A DNA stretch of 64,000 nt from Camelus dromedarius. Lineage: Eukaryota. The notes under the pieces were generated by a model. That model worked only from the letters and a program-made list of their open reading frames with translations, had not been told where the DNA came from and did not search any database. The translations under genes and the position numbers were made by a program. Within the stretch, counting starts at the first letter, position 1; every line of letters begins with the position of its first letter. The DNA is taken from assembly GCF_036321535.1 (NCBI RefSeq), contig NC_087458.1:5828001-5892000 (forward strand), read 5' to 3'. Below, one piece after another: positions 9,814 through 27,217 of this stretch.

Positions 9814-11829
9814 ATTAAGGGTGAGGAGGGGAATGTGGTGAAGAAGGTGAAGAATTTGCCCTCTGAATAATCTGTGGGAAGATGAGCCACCCAAAATAAT
9901 GTACCAACCCATTTGGCCCATAGGAAGCTCAAGCATGATGGTCTGAGGCAGTATCCAGGATTCTGGCACTGATTTCCCCTTTGCCTTGTGCTGTTTAAGG
10001 GAAAAGAGGATCCAACCTAGTCACCTCCAACCAAACCAGTTACCATGGAGCTACCTGGCTCCCTGAACTATTGGGAGCTTGTGTGTCACTGCAGGCTGGG
10101 AAGGAAGTTTTGTCAGGAAAACCTGAACTTGAATCCCACCTGTATGATCTGGGCTACTTAACCTCTAGAAAGGTTGTGAAGCAGCTTAGTGGTGGAAGGG
10201 GAAAGATCATGTGGGGTTAGAGGATAGTCATGCTGGCATAACCAACATGACCTAGTTTTGAAATGTACAATTACTTTCTCTTAATACGAGTGGACTGTGA
10301 GGCTAAGGTCTTTAACCTTTCTTAAAGTGTTCATAATCTCTAATTGGAGCAAAAAAAGACATTTTTTTATGGGCAAGGCTTGTTGTAAGGCTAGCTTCTT
10401 AGACCCCAGACTCTTCAGCCCCCAAGGCTCTTTTGTGGGAGAGATGATTAGCAGTGGGCAGACTACCCTTTGCAGACTTCACACTCACTGATTACCTTGC
10501 ATCAGGCATCTTCCAGGGCCTCCAGGATACCTTTGGGAGAAAGAGGGGAGGGAGCTGCAGGGTGAGTGGGTCCCTTTATTTACCCTCTTCAGTTATACAA
10601 CCTGGGGTGACCTATCTCTGTGGGACTTTTCCCCAGCCCTGCCTTTCCTAAATACTTTGACCTTCCCCCAAAGTAGCTAACAGGTATATATACTGCCAAG
10701 GTATTTTTAATCTGGTAGTTTTGTGCCAAACCCCCCCCCCCCCCAATCTGCTGAGGTCCTCTGTATAAAAGTGAAAGAGGCATGGGGTTTTGGAGCTTAC
10801 ATGAGGGAAGGGGAACCTAGCAGGGCTAGAGAGGCAGAGGGGCCACAGTGGGGACCTCTAGTAGTAGGAGTGGTTCTCACAGTGCCCAATTCCATCTCCA
10901 CGCTGCCCGCACCTCTGCCCATGTCTGTCTTATTTGGAGAATACATTTGGCAAGGTTCTAGGATAAAAAGTGTTGAGGGAGTAAGGAAATGACAGAGGGA
11001 CAGAATGGCAGCAAGTGTTTGAGGTCTCCCACCACTGCCAGTCCATCCACTGATGGAATGATTGGGGGAGGGGTCCATTTCAGAATAGAGTTCCTGGATG
11101 CCTCAGCCCCCTAGACTAAGGAAGAGAAGCTGGGGCCAGAACACCTGGGTCCTTTGAGAAAGGGAGACTCCCCAAGGTGCTGGGTGTGCCTTAGCTGCTC
11201 ACTGTCAGCCTCTTCCAGCCCCAGGATACCTCTGCCCAGGGTGCTTCCAGTCCCACCCCATCCTGCTGGCCTAGTGCTCTTAGTACCCACTGGTGTCAGT
11301 CCAAAAGGATTTGCCCCATGTACTCTACACCTGTCTTGCACAGACCCAACTTGCAGGGCAGTGATCTGAGACCAGGTTGAAACTGCTATTCCTAGCATCT
11401 GTGAACTTTACTATGGAAATGGCAAGCTGACCTAGTGGTCCGGGGACCCTGAAGCATCCTGGCGAGGAAGGGGTCGGGGGGCTGTTGCCTTGTTGGTCCC
11501 AGTGAAGATGGGCAATGAGGTGACCACTAGAGCCTAAGCCCCCTTCCCTTTCTGCCTCCTCTGTGTCCCTCCTACCTCATGAAAGAATTCCTCCTCAACA
11601 GTGGGCACAGGGAACTTCCCTACCAGTCACTGGCCTTCCAGCTCCACCTGCTGCTCACTGCAGTTCCTGGTGTCTCCTTGAGGCCCATGCCCACTTACGC
11701 CATCCTCAGTCCTTGCTGGGTGTCCTGGGTAGAGTGGGACAGAGAGTCAGCCTGGCTCCTGGGTCAGCCTTTGACTCATTTGGCCACCATCTGCCGAGGG
11801 CTTGCCATACAGACATGAACAAGGCATTG

Positions 11830-12330
11830 TTTGTTAGAAGGGCACTGGTAGTGGAGAGAAGAGATTTATGAGCTGGACTGTGAAAGTCAAGGGAAAGTTT
11901 AACAGAGAAGGGGGAAAAATATTCCGAGGAGAGGGAACAACAAATACAAAGGTACTGAGGCCTAAAAGAGCATGCTGTATGCTAGGGAAAGTGAGTGAGT
12001 GCTGGGCCTTCAAAGTAGGATGGGAGACAACTGATCACATCGGGTAGCCTGGAGCCTGTCTATTGAAGAGCTTGGGCTTTATGCTCCAGGTAGTGGGGAG
12101 TCATTGATGACTTTAAGCAGGAGGATGCCATGGGGTGATTAACATAGAATGGTGGTGGGAAGTGAAAATGGGTAGAGGGAGGACCTTGGAGGCTGGGAAA
12201 CTTGGGTTAGTCCAAACAAAAAGCAGGGCTGGCCTGAACCTGGGCAGTGGCAGTGCAGATGGGAGGAAGACCACGAGGTCAGCAGTTTCCTAGCCAGCTG
12301 ATGTCTGGGATGTCTGTCAGAGCAAGAGGA
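11830..12330. mobile_element. Old LINE2 fragment
   Basis: Degenerate L2-type motifs (TTTATGCTCCAGGTAGTGGGGAGTCATTGATGACTTTAAGCAGGAGG). Boundaries approximate. Confidence 0.5.
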
Positions 12331-12898
12331 GTCATGGATGCCTGAGCATCCATGAGGAGACAGTTTGGGGCATATGCCTCTCCCTGGCCTACTCTTGCTC
12401 TGTCTCCCTAGTTGCCCCCCTGCAGGGACCCTGTGATAACAGATCTGGAGCCAACAGAAGCACTGCTGCCCAACCCAGCCTGTACGACAGCCACCCACTC
12501 CCCATGGTCTTACACCCTGGGAAGAGCTGAGCCTCCAGGCAAGAGGCCAGGACAGGCCGACAGGGCTCCAGCCCCCATAAGCCCAAATGGCTGGCCCTTC
12601 CTCCCCTCTTCCAGGTTCCCTGGGGACTTCTCAGGTAATTTCAGCTAATACCCACCTCCCAGCAGTGAGCAGCATGCAGACCAGCACTGTAAGTGGGGCA
12701 GGCCTGGGGCTCAGAGAGGCTGGGACCTGGGAAGAGGACCTGGCCTGGCCTGGCCTCTGTGTCCCCTCTCCTCTTCCCACCGGCTGTCCCATCCATCCCA
12801 CTTCAACCTCATTCTCCAGGCAATGTGGGAAGGGCAAGGGTGCCTAAGCCTCCATTCCCCTGGGTTCTGGGGCCCTTTAAGGACTCACCTCTCCACAA

Positions 12899-12924
12899 AC
12901 ACACACACACACACACACATATAT
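12899..12924. repeat. (AC)n/(AT)n microsatellite
   Basis: Direct reading. Confidence 0.9.
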
Positions 12925-13089
12925 AGACATGGTTGTCACAGTGGGGGCTTGTATCTCATTTCTGACCCTGGAACTTCTCCATGAGGCCTCCTTAAAGGAT
13001 TCTCTTGATTCCCCATTTAGGCTTGATTTATTTAATTTCTTTACCCTTTAGTATAAGGTGATTATCAATTTAAGATTTATACACATTTG

Positions 13090-14380
13090 TTGTGACACTA
13101 TGATTTATAAGAAATACATATTTGGCCTTCAGCCCCAGCCCTTGGCACAAAGCTCCTAAAATGCTTGGAATTCCCTGTGAAAAGAGCAATAAGGGGGTCT
13201 TTTGTTATGTTAATAAAGTGACTTGGAAAGCTTCAAGTAGCCTAAGGACGGGGGCTGATTACCCTGTGATGAGATAGTTGGAACTTCCAGTCCTGCTCCC
13301 AGACCTCTGAAGAGGAGAAGGCTGGAGGTTGAGTTCAACAGCCAGTGATTCTTGCCTATGTAGTGAAGTCCCCATAAAACCCCAAAAGGACTGGGTTCTG
13401 AGAGCTTACAGGTTGGTGAACAGGTGGAGATTTGGGGAGAATGCCCTGCCTGGGGAGGGAATGGAAGCTCTGCACGCTTTCCCCATATCTTGCCCTATGC
13501 ATTTCTTCCATCTGGCTGTCCCTGAGTTATACTATTTTATAATAAACCTATAATCTAGTAAGTAAAATGTTTCTCTGAGTTCTGTGAGCCCTTCTAACAA
13601 ATTAAGTGAATCCTAGCAGGAGGAGAACCTCTGGCTTAATACCCAGCTGTCATAAGTACAGGTATCAACATGAGCTAGCGTTGGAGGGTAGAGACCTGTC
13701 TGAAGCGGGAAGGGGTGGGAAGTGGGGGTGGGACTGGTGGCAGTCTTGTAGGACAAACTTTAACCTGTTCTGGACAAAGAACGTCACCTGCCATTTCAGT
13801 AAACAAAGGATGTTGCAGCCATCAAACCATCAGCCGCTACAGCAGCTCCAGAAGGTGCACGCTGATGGGAGTCAGGATAGAGAAAAACAGGACACTGGCC
13901 CTAGACAGTTAAGGTGCATGTCAGAGGAATAATTTCAGTGAGCCCAGACTCTTGCACCTTCCCACACATAGAAAAGTACTAAATTCATTAACTTGAAATG
14001 TCTGTTCTTTAATTAGTAGTAATCTTTTTATGTTCTACTACCTGTCTAATACCTGTTTTGGTTTTGGGTTTGTTTTTTTGTTTGCAAAAACTCCTATATA
14101 TCCTGCTCCTCCCTTACCTCTTGGAAACAGTCCCTCAGAGCTATCTGAGAGGCTGTATCCTGGGCTTAAATCCTCAGTGATGGCCCAAATAAAACAATTC
14201 TCAACTTTCAGGTTGTGCATTTTTTTTTTCAGTTGACACTGGAATCTGATGCTGTCTCCAGGCAGTGTCAGAATTAGACTGAATTCTCAGACACCCTGCT
14301 GGTATCTGAGAATTGCTTGTTGGAGGTGTGAGGGACCACCCCGCCTCATGCACACACACATGGGAATTGGGTCAAGGAAC
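13090..14380 (+). mobile_element. MER21-family LTR interrupted by a second LTR
   Basis: Begins TGTTGTGACACTATGATTTATAAGAAATACATATTTGG, has internal MER21-type blocks, and resumes after 14238 with GAATCTGATGCT...GTGTCAGAATT...GAGAATTGCTTG. Confidence 0.7.
13766..14238 (+). mobile_element. ERV1-class solo LTR (MER34-like 3' end) nested in MER21
   Basis: TG...CA termini, CCTGCCATTTCAGTAAACAAAGGATGTTGCAGCCATC block, AATAAA at about 14189, ends TTTTTTCAGTTGACA. Confidence 0.65.
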
Positions 14381-15716
14381 CCAAAAGACATGGGGATTGG
14401 AGGCATACATAGTGAAAAAGCTTGTCTGGAAGTCTTGGGTGAAACTGTTTCTCCCAAAATGTTCTAAAGCTTTACCCTTTAGGTTTTAACTGAAAAACCA
14501 TCCTCTAAGGAAATTTTATTGTACGAGTAACACCAGGTCAGCAAATGGAGAAGAGACGGGATGATGGAACACTAAGCAAGAAAGATAAAAGAAGGGGACA
14601 GGCCTCCTCGGCCTCCCTGTACTCCTCAGCCTCTGACCCCTTTGTGATAAGCAGGAGTCTTGAAGTCTGACCGGATCCTGGTCTGACCAGAGAACTCGCC
14701 CATGTGGGATGTGGAGATGACAACTCCCAAGCACCAGCTGATAAACCAGAGGCAATCTCAGGTCTCCTGGCTGCCCGCTCTACCCCTCCTCCCCTCCCAC
14801 CCCCACTGCTGCCCGCTTCAGCTCCACCAGTGGAGCACTGTAGGGCTCCCCAAAGTCCTGACCTTGCACAAAGCTAGTGGACCAGGAAACCCCTGTCCCT
14901 TACCTGGGCCTGAAAGAGGCCAGAAGAGTCTGACTCTCAGGTCCCCTCCATAGTGAAAGCCATCACCACACACCATTCTGTGCCCCACTCCCAACAAGAA
15001 AGATCCTCTGGTCACACTGACCATGCCCTGCCCCACCACATCCAGGCTCCACGTCGGATGTGGGGGTGGCGGAGGATTCTGTGTGTCTGCACTGCCTGAG
15101 CCAGGGCAGCACTCAGCACAGCGCAGAGCGCTCTGGTGGACATAACCCCAGACGACCCACCTTCAGGCAGCCCGCGAGGAGCACTGCCTGAGGGCTGGGG
15201 AGATGGGAGACAGAAGAGAAGGGGGTTCTATTCCAAAGACCTGCATCTCCTTCAGCCTCTATGGGAAAGCCAAGGACTAGAGGGCCACTGCTATGTGATA
15301 TGGGTGCAATGGGGAGGAGAGGGCTTTGTGCTGAATGCCTTGTGCCACGACGCCTGGAATTTGATAAGTCTTTAGAGAATGAATAATTGAACTGGCACTG
15401 GCCTTCAACCTGTTATCAAACTTCAGGGTTTCTGGAAGACCCTTGCCCAGCCTCCCTCACAGAGGTGTCCAAGGAACCAAGAAAAGATGGATTCTAAAAG
15501 TCCCTTTGAGCACTTACTTTCTCCAAGCAGGGTTATTATATAATCTGATACTTTAGAATGCAGGCTGACCTCGGGGGTAGAGAGACTAGAGGCAAGAAGA
15601 CCAGTCAGGAGGCTGTTACAATGCCCTCGTGAGACAGAACTCAAAAGAAGCAAGTGGAAAGGAATGCATAAAAACAAAACACAGAGTGATTTTCCTCAGA
15701 GAACCAGCCTTTGAAG

Positions 15717-15833
15717 TAGGATTACCAGATAAGATACTTATACTAAAAATTATTTGTTGTTTATCGGAAATTTAAATTTACCTAGTGTCCCAGAGATTTT
15801 TGTTTGTTCTGCTTTCTAAATCTGGCAACCCTA
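15717..15833. mobile_element. MER53-like hAT MITE, deleted
   Basis: Inverted termini TAGGATTACCAGATA / AAATCTGGCAACCCTA plus internal CTTATACTAAAAATTATT. Confidence 0.6.
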
Positions 15834-16282
15834 CTTGGAAGAGGTACCTGAAAGGGCTGTGGCCTAACTTGGGGGGGCTTCTTGTCTAGACACTGGGCCA
15901 TTACCCCTTTCCCCAGCTGAGGCCAGCCCCTCCTCTATCCCCAGAGCAGGCCTCAAGGGCTTGGCCCTTTTCCCTTCCCTCTTCAGTACTCACCACTTTA
16001 TCCCCTGGGCTTCCTCTTCTGAAAGTCTGACTGTGAAGCAGGTGGCAGTTGCCCTGGCTACCCCCTTTCCTTGCTGCTTACTCCAAAAATAAGCCCCCAG
16101 TCTCTCCTGAGAGTTTGCCTCTAATCACTAGAGCAAAAGATACAGGGAAACAAGCATAATAAATGATAAAAAGTGTGCAGGGCTTTAAAAGTTATTACGA
16201 TCGGGGTCTCAGGTTTAGAGCTGTTGACCACTACTCTCCCACAGTGATTTAAACACCTTCTCTTTATTCCTGAGCATGAAGC

Positions 16283-17700
16283 TGTCAGCAAAAAATTAAC
16301 CAGTGTTCAATCTGAGAAAGAAATGGAAAATTTTACTCGAATCAACAGGAGGGTTATAAACTGGGAAACAGTCTTTCAGGAAGCTCTGAGGACTATTCCA
16401 AAGAACTAAGAATTAAGCGGGGAGGCTAGTATACGTGTGATTTTGACAAACAAGTATGTGAAATCAAGCACACATCTTGGCAGAAGTTTACTGCTATTTT
16501 CGAGGAACAGATATCTTAGTTAATGGTTTTAGTGCTTTTCTAAGTATGGGAAAATGTAAGAAACTGCATTCACAGAATTTTCTCCTGAAACTATCTAACT
16601 ACCTGAGGGCCAGTTCTGCCAGTTTTCCCAGAGCACAAAGTGCCTCATTTTGATCCTGAATTCCTTTCAGGGTAAGTCAGTGACTGCAGGGCTAATGATT
16701 TAATTCTTACAGAACTGGATGGTGGGCAACATTATTTTATAGTCCTCTACTTTTGATTTTAATTTCAATGAAGGTTTGGGAGGCATTTCATAGCCAGCTT
16801 GATCCATGGTGCTAGGAATGCTCATTCCCAGGTGAGGTGAGGATTTCGTTGATAGGCCACTCAATCTGCTATTACTGGACTAGGTAGGCCCTGTTAACAG
16901 CCAAATGTCTCTGGACCACCAGTCTTACTAGTCTGGTCCAGAATAAGACCACTCTCTTGTCATCTTCCCATATCTAGAGTTACACTATTACAATCAGTAT
17001 CTTATAGAACTATATATTTGGTCAATCACTTCAAGTCACCTAAGCACCCTTCTTTTTATCAGAGGCTCAATCACACATTTGGTAATGCAAGAAACAATAA
17101 TCTTATTAAATAGGCAGAATACAAGTAATATAGCTAGTAACATTAATAACATCATAAGTGAGCATTTATGCTAAGAACTTCCATTAGGTGCAGCCCAGTA
17201 TCTCCCCAGGTCATCTGACCCAGTCTGTTGTGCAACAATCACGTTCTTTAAGGGAAAGAATATATTGGCATTGTACATAAGGTTTACCAAAGGCATGTGC
17301 ACGTACAAGGTGAGTGGTGGGTCATCTTGACATCTTACAAGATTGAGAAAGGAATGTTATCTTCTAAGGAGTTACATGGCTGGTGTCAGAAGAAAAATTG
17401 ATCCTTATCATGGAGAAAGTGTTTCTGCCATTGGGAGAGAGCTGGTTAACACATAATGTGGATGCACGATGCACATCACAGGGGAGGGAGGAGGCCCAAA
17501 CAGGCAGGGAAAAAATTTTATGTTTACATTTTTCTTGTTTTGCCTTAAAATAGGAATTTTATTTCATCAAAGCTCAAGGCTGAACATTATGGCGCCCATT
17601 TATTGTGAGCCACTGGAACACATTAGAACCCAAGGGACAGAGGACTGTGTGTCTCATTGAGAATTCAACAAGAGATGTAAACTCTCTGGAAAGCCATAAA
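16283..17700 (-). mobile_element. ERV1 3' fragment: LTR (16283-16731), polypurine tract and decayed env 3' end
   Basis: LTR with TG/CA ends related to the 13766-14238 LTR; purine-rich tract immediately upstream on the minus strand; minus-strand frame 17155-17036 = MMLLMLLAILLVFCLFNKIIVSCITKCVIEPLIKRRVLR* (TM plus tail). Right boundary approximate. Confidence 0.6.
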
Positions 17701-17769
17701 AAACAAAACAAAACTAAGAAAAAATTTTGAGGGTAGAAAAAAATGCAAAGATGAAATACTCAGGTTTAA

Positions 17770-18330
17770 AAGATTTTTTTACTGCGGCAAAATATACGTA
17801 ACTCAAAATTTACCACTTCAACCATTTTTAAGTGTACAGTTCAGTGGCAATAAGTAAATTCACATTATGCTGTAACCGTTACCACTACTCATCTCTAGAA
17901 CTTTTAAAACATCCCATACTGAAACTCTGTACCTATTAAGCAGTAAGTCCCCACTCTCCCTTCCCCCCAGCCCCTGGCAACACTGTTTTGATAAAGAGAT
18001 AAAAACTACATTTTAATTTTTTAAACTTATTTTATTTTTTGAGGGGGGAGGTAGTTAGGTTAACTTATTTATTTTTAGAGGAAGTACTGGGGGTTGAACC
18101 CAGGACCTTGTGCATGCTAAGCGCACTAACAATTGAGCTATACCTTCCCCCAAAACTACATGAATATGCTCTAGGCACCTCATATAAGTGGAATTACTAA
18201 ATACTTGTCCTTCTGAGTCTGGTTTATTTCACTTACCATTACGTATTTCAAGATTAACCCATGTCATAGCATTACTAGAACTTCATTTCTTTCTAAGGCT
18301 AAATAATATTCATATTATTGAATTTTGCAG
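17770..18330 (-). mobile_element. L1 (L1MB-like) 3' end, split by a SINE
   Basis: AACCATTTTTAAGTGTACAGTTCAGTGGCA...CATATAAGTGGAAT signature. Confidence 0.7.
18012..18151 (-). mobile_element. Camelid tRNA-derived SINE (Vic-1 type)
   Basis: Reverse A/B boxes (GAGCTATACC, GGGTTGAACCCAGGACC), A-rich tail, 10-bp TSD AAAACTACAT (18002-18011 / 18152-18161). Confidence 0.9.
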
Positions 18331-18479
18331 TTGAATTATTGCAGTTTGGTATTTTAGTGCCATAAAATACATTTAAATTTAGAAATGCTAATAAAATAAT
18401 CTGGCTTTCTCATAAAGTTAACATGGGAGAGTTAACATGGGACAACTGGGGATATAAGCATTTATTTTCCTCTGTTGGG

Positions 18480-18763
18480 GAAAACAAAAAGTACTCACCC
18501 CACAAAAGGGTTCGTTCTCCCAGCTCCTGAAGTCTGGAGACTTTCAGACTGCGCTACTTCAAGGCCTGTAAAGAACTACAACTCCCGTGAGGTCTCGGGC
18601 CCTGCCCTTCTCCCGCCCCACGGGCTCCAGAGACTACATTTCCCAGGAATCCCGGCGGCGGCCCGGAGCCGGCACTTCCTGGGCGCCCCCTGGCGACGCA
18701 CTTCTGCGGGCTTCAGTTCCCGGCGGCCCTCGCGGCAGGTTCCGGGCGTAAGGGCAGTTCGTG
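18480..18763 (+). promoter_or_regulatory. SNAPIN CpG promoter with two ZNF143/THAP11-type ACTACAnnTCCC motifs, an ETS site and a CTCF motif
   Basis: ACTACAACTCCCG 18575-18587; ACTACATTTCCCA 18633-18645; CACTTCCT 18673; GCGCCCCCTGGCGA 18683-18696 (CTCF motif on minus strand). Confidence 0.75.
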
Positions 18764-19826
18764 ATGGCGGGGACTGGTTCCGCCGCTGTGTCCGGGGCAG
18801 GGACTCCGGTGGCGGGGCCTGCAGGCCGCGACCTCTTCGCAGAGGGGCTCCTCGAGTTCCTGCGACCGGCTGTGCAGCAGCTTGACTCTCACGTCCACGC
18901 AGTCAGGTACCCGAGGGGGAAGGTTGGGGCGGGGCCACTCCTGGATTTGGCTTTGTAGGGGCGGGACCAAGAAAGGGCGGAGACGTGATGAATCCAGCCG
19001 GCGTTCTGCTGAGACTGAGAAGAATAAAGGTGGGAAACTGATTGGAGGCAGAACAGGACGGCGGAAGGCCCGAGGGTGGCGGGGCTGAGGCTGGCTTCTC
19101 TCAGCACTTTGGAAACACGTAGGGGGAATAGGCTTCTTGAGATCCATTAACTGTCTGACCGTGTACGCTTTGTACCTCTTTGCAGGGAGAGCCAGGTAGA
19201 GCTCCGGGAACAAATTGACAACCTCGCTACCGGTGAGTAAGCATTCCCTGTAGATAGAATCCTACAATTCACTTCAGGACCAGCCTCTGGGCTGGGTTTC
19301 TGTCGCTTGCTTCCAGGGCTGAGGACGTACTCCTTTCTTAGGTTTCTAGTGACTGTGCCCACGTGGTGCAAGTGTTTTCCAAACCATTTACTAGCCTGCT
19401 TGCCCTAAGAACAAGAAATGGGCTATTAGGTGTCTAGTTGCACCTCACTTTCATCCCCCAGAACTGTGCCGTATCAACGAAGATCAGAAAGTGGCCCTGG
19501 ATCTCGACCCCTATGTAAAGAAGCTACTTAATGCCCGGCGACGAGTTGTCTTAGTTAACAACATCCTACAGAATGCCCAGGTACAAGAATTTCCTGCCAA
19601 CAGTCTTCGTTTTGTTTTCCAAGTCCTCAGGGTATTCTCCAAGACATCCTCCAGCGCCTAGTTGACAGTGAGCTCTGAGTCCTTTCACAGGGCAATTGTC
19701 TTGATTCCAAACCTTGTTTTGTAGGAACGGCTGAGACGGTTAAACCACAGTGTTGCCAAGGAAACAGCACGAAGGAGGGCAATGCTGGATTCAGGAGTTT
19801 ACCCCCCTGGTTCCCCAAGCAAGTAA
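18764..19826 (+). CDS. SNAPIN: SNAP-associated protein (BLOC-1/BORC subunit), 136 aa
   Basis: Exons 18764-18906, 19186-19232, 19462-19580, 19725-19826 total 411 nt, all GT-AG; MAGTGSAAVSGAGTPVAGPAGRDLFAEGLLEFLRPAVQQLDSHV...DSGVYPPGSPSK*. Confidence 0.98.
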
Positions 19827-20320
19827 CAGGCCAGAAGATGGACCCATGACCACAGAATAGCACAAATACTATACCCTGGCTGCCAGTTTCCGCCAGGATT
19901 CCCTGTAGGTGTTGGGACATCAGAAAGGCAGCCCTGTGGTTTGTGTTTGAAGCACTTAAAAGTCCTTCTTATTTATTCGGGGCCTAAAGAAACTCCGGTA
20001 TAGCAGGACTCAGGATCCCTGAGGATTTATTATGGCTCTTGCTTCCAAGAATGAGCTGAGGCCTCTACATTTGACTTTTTTAAGCTACATACTTAGGCCC
20101 ACCTCCTCTACCTTCTTTGAGACTCATCAAAGAAGGGGCTGCCTCTGCTACATGCCAGGCTGTTGGGACCTGTCCTCTGCCTGTGACTTCCAATTTTCTT
20201 TTGTCTACACAGAGGATTTAGAGTAAAGGACAGGCAAAGTCACAGTGAATGACCCATCTATCCTCTTTTGTTGACTGCACTGGCTTGAGCTACTGTAGCA
20301 GTATTAGAATCATTTAATTC

Positions 20321-20326
20321 AATAAA
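20321..20326 (+). terminator. SNAPIN poly(A) signal AATAAA
   Basis: First canonical hexamer about 500 nt after the SNAPIN stop. Confidence 0.7.
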
Positions 20327-20384
20327 TGGTTAAACAGTATTCCAGTTTACTCTGGTATATGGAAAGGTGCCAGAAGTCTTCTAC

Positions 20385-20390
20385 TTTAAT
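20385..20390 (-). terminator. Candidate ILF2 poly(A) signal ATTAAA
   Basis: TTTAAT on the plus strand, about 500 nt beyond the ILF2 stop. Alternatives at 20764-20769 (AATAAA) and 20313-20318 (ATTAAA). Confidence 0.5.
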
Positions 20391-20887
20391 TCAAATATAG
20401 CTTCAAATTGAGATCTAGTGTTCACAATGAAAAGACTCCAGGATCATTTTCAATTCAGAATACAGAAAGCAAAAGGAAACAAAACAGGTTGCCAGATGCC
20501 AAGGAAAACAAGACCAAGAACCCTAGTAGGAAGTACTTTAATTTTTTTCTTAGAAAAAAAAAATTGCAGACACTAACAATTCACATTTCAACAACAAAGT
20601 ACTGGTTGAAAGAGGTTTCCAGGAGTTTGGGGATTCTAGAGTATTAGGAAGAAAAGCTGGTGTACTCCTCCACTATATATGGATGGCTTAGGTCATAAAT
20701 GGGAGACTTCTGGCTACTAAGCCAGTATCAGAACCCAGTGGAGTGACACTTCCTTCTACAGAGTTTATTTTTATCTTCCTTCCTGTCTCCCCTATCCCTC
20801 AGAAACATCACCACATAAAAGCCCAGTAGCATTGAGCTGAGGCGCCAGTCTTCCCCCTGGGTACGAAAGGGCGTAGAGATGGGGAGG

Positions 20888-26805
<5,918 letters not shown>

Positions 26806-27130
26806 GGCGTCCTAAATCCCGAACAATGGAGGCCACACCAACCGCCCCTTCCCTGTGTGGAGCCGACAACGGGAGAGGAGGCTTGCCGGCGTGTTCCAAC
26901 AAGCTCCGGCGCGATTGGCTCCCGCCGTACTCCGCCGCTTATGCCTATTGGCTTACTTCGGCAAGCCGGTTTATGAACCAATAAAAAGCGCCTACTGTGT
27001 CAGGAACCAGCCAATAAGAACAGACTTGACAGTAATGACTTTTCCGCAAACACTAGGGGGCGCTACGTAGGAGAATCAGGGTGGCTAACATTCAGAGAAC
27101 TTTCTATATGACATATGGAAAATTACTTCT
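26806..27130. promoter_or_regulatory. ILF2 5' UTR and promoter with four CCAAT boxes and a CTCF motif, shared with the tRNA upstream region
   Basis: ATTGG 26914 and 26947, CCAAT 26978 and 27011; ACACTAGGGGGCGC 27050-27063; TATAT at 27105, about 30 nt upstream of the tRNA. Confidence 0.75.
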
Positions 27131-27136
27131 TCAGAT

Positions 27137-27208
27137 AGCAGAGTGGCGCAGCGGAAGCGTGCTGGGCCCATAACCCAGAGGTCGATGGATCGAAACCATC
27201 CTCTGCTA
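27137..27208 (+). tRNA. tRNA-iMet-CAT: Initiator tRNA-Met (CAT), 72 nt
   Basis: AGCAGAGTGGCGCAGCGGAAGCGTGCTGGGCCCATAACCCAGAGGTCGATGGATCGAAACCATCCTCTGCTA matches the canonical vertebrate iMet tRNA (A1:U72, GAUCG T-loop). Confidence 0.99.
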
Positions 27209-27217
27209 TCGGGCTGG

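Noticed and set aside
12332-12355. Perfect 10-bp inverted repeat TCATGGATGC-CTGA-GCATCCATGA
   Set aside because: Rough expectation is about 0.5 such stems per 64 kb by chance, and it lies at the edge of an old L2 with no functional context.
18415-18445. Micro-duplications (GTTAACATGGGA x2; also TACCGAATTTA x2 at about 28551 and CCATCACCCAAATAAA x2 at about 53436)
   Set aside because: Ordinary slippage events in or beside repeat-derived DNA.
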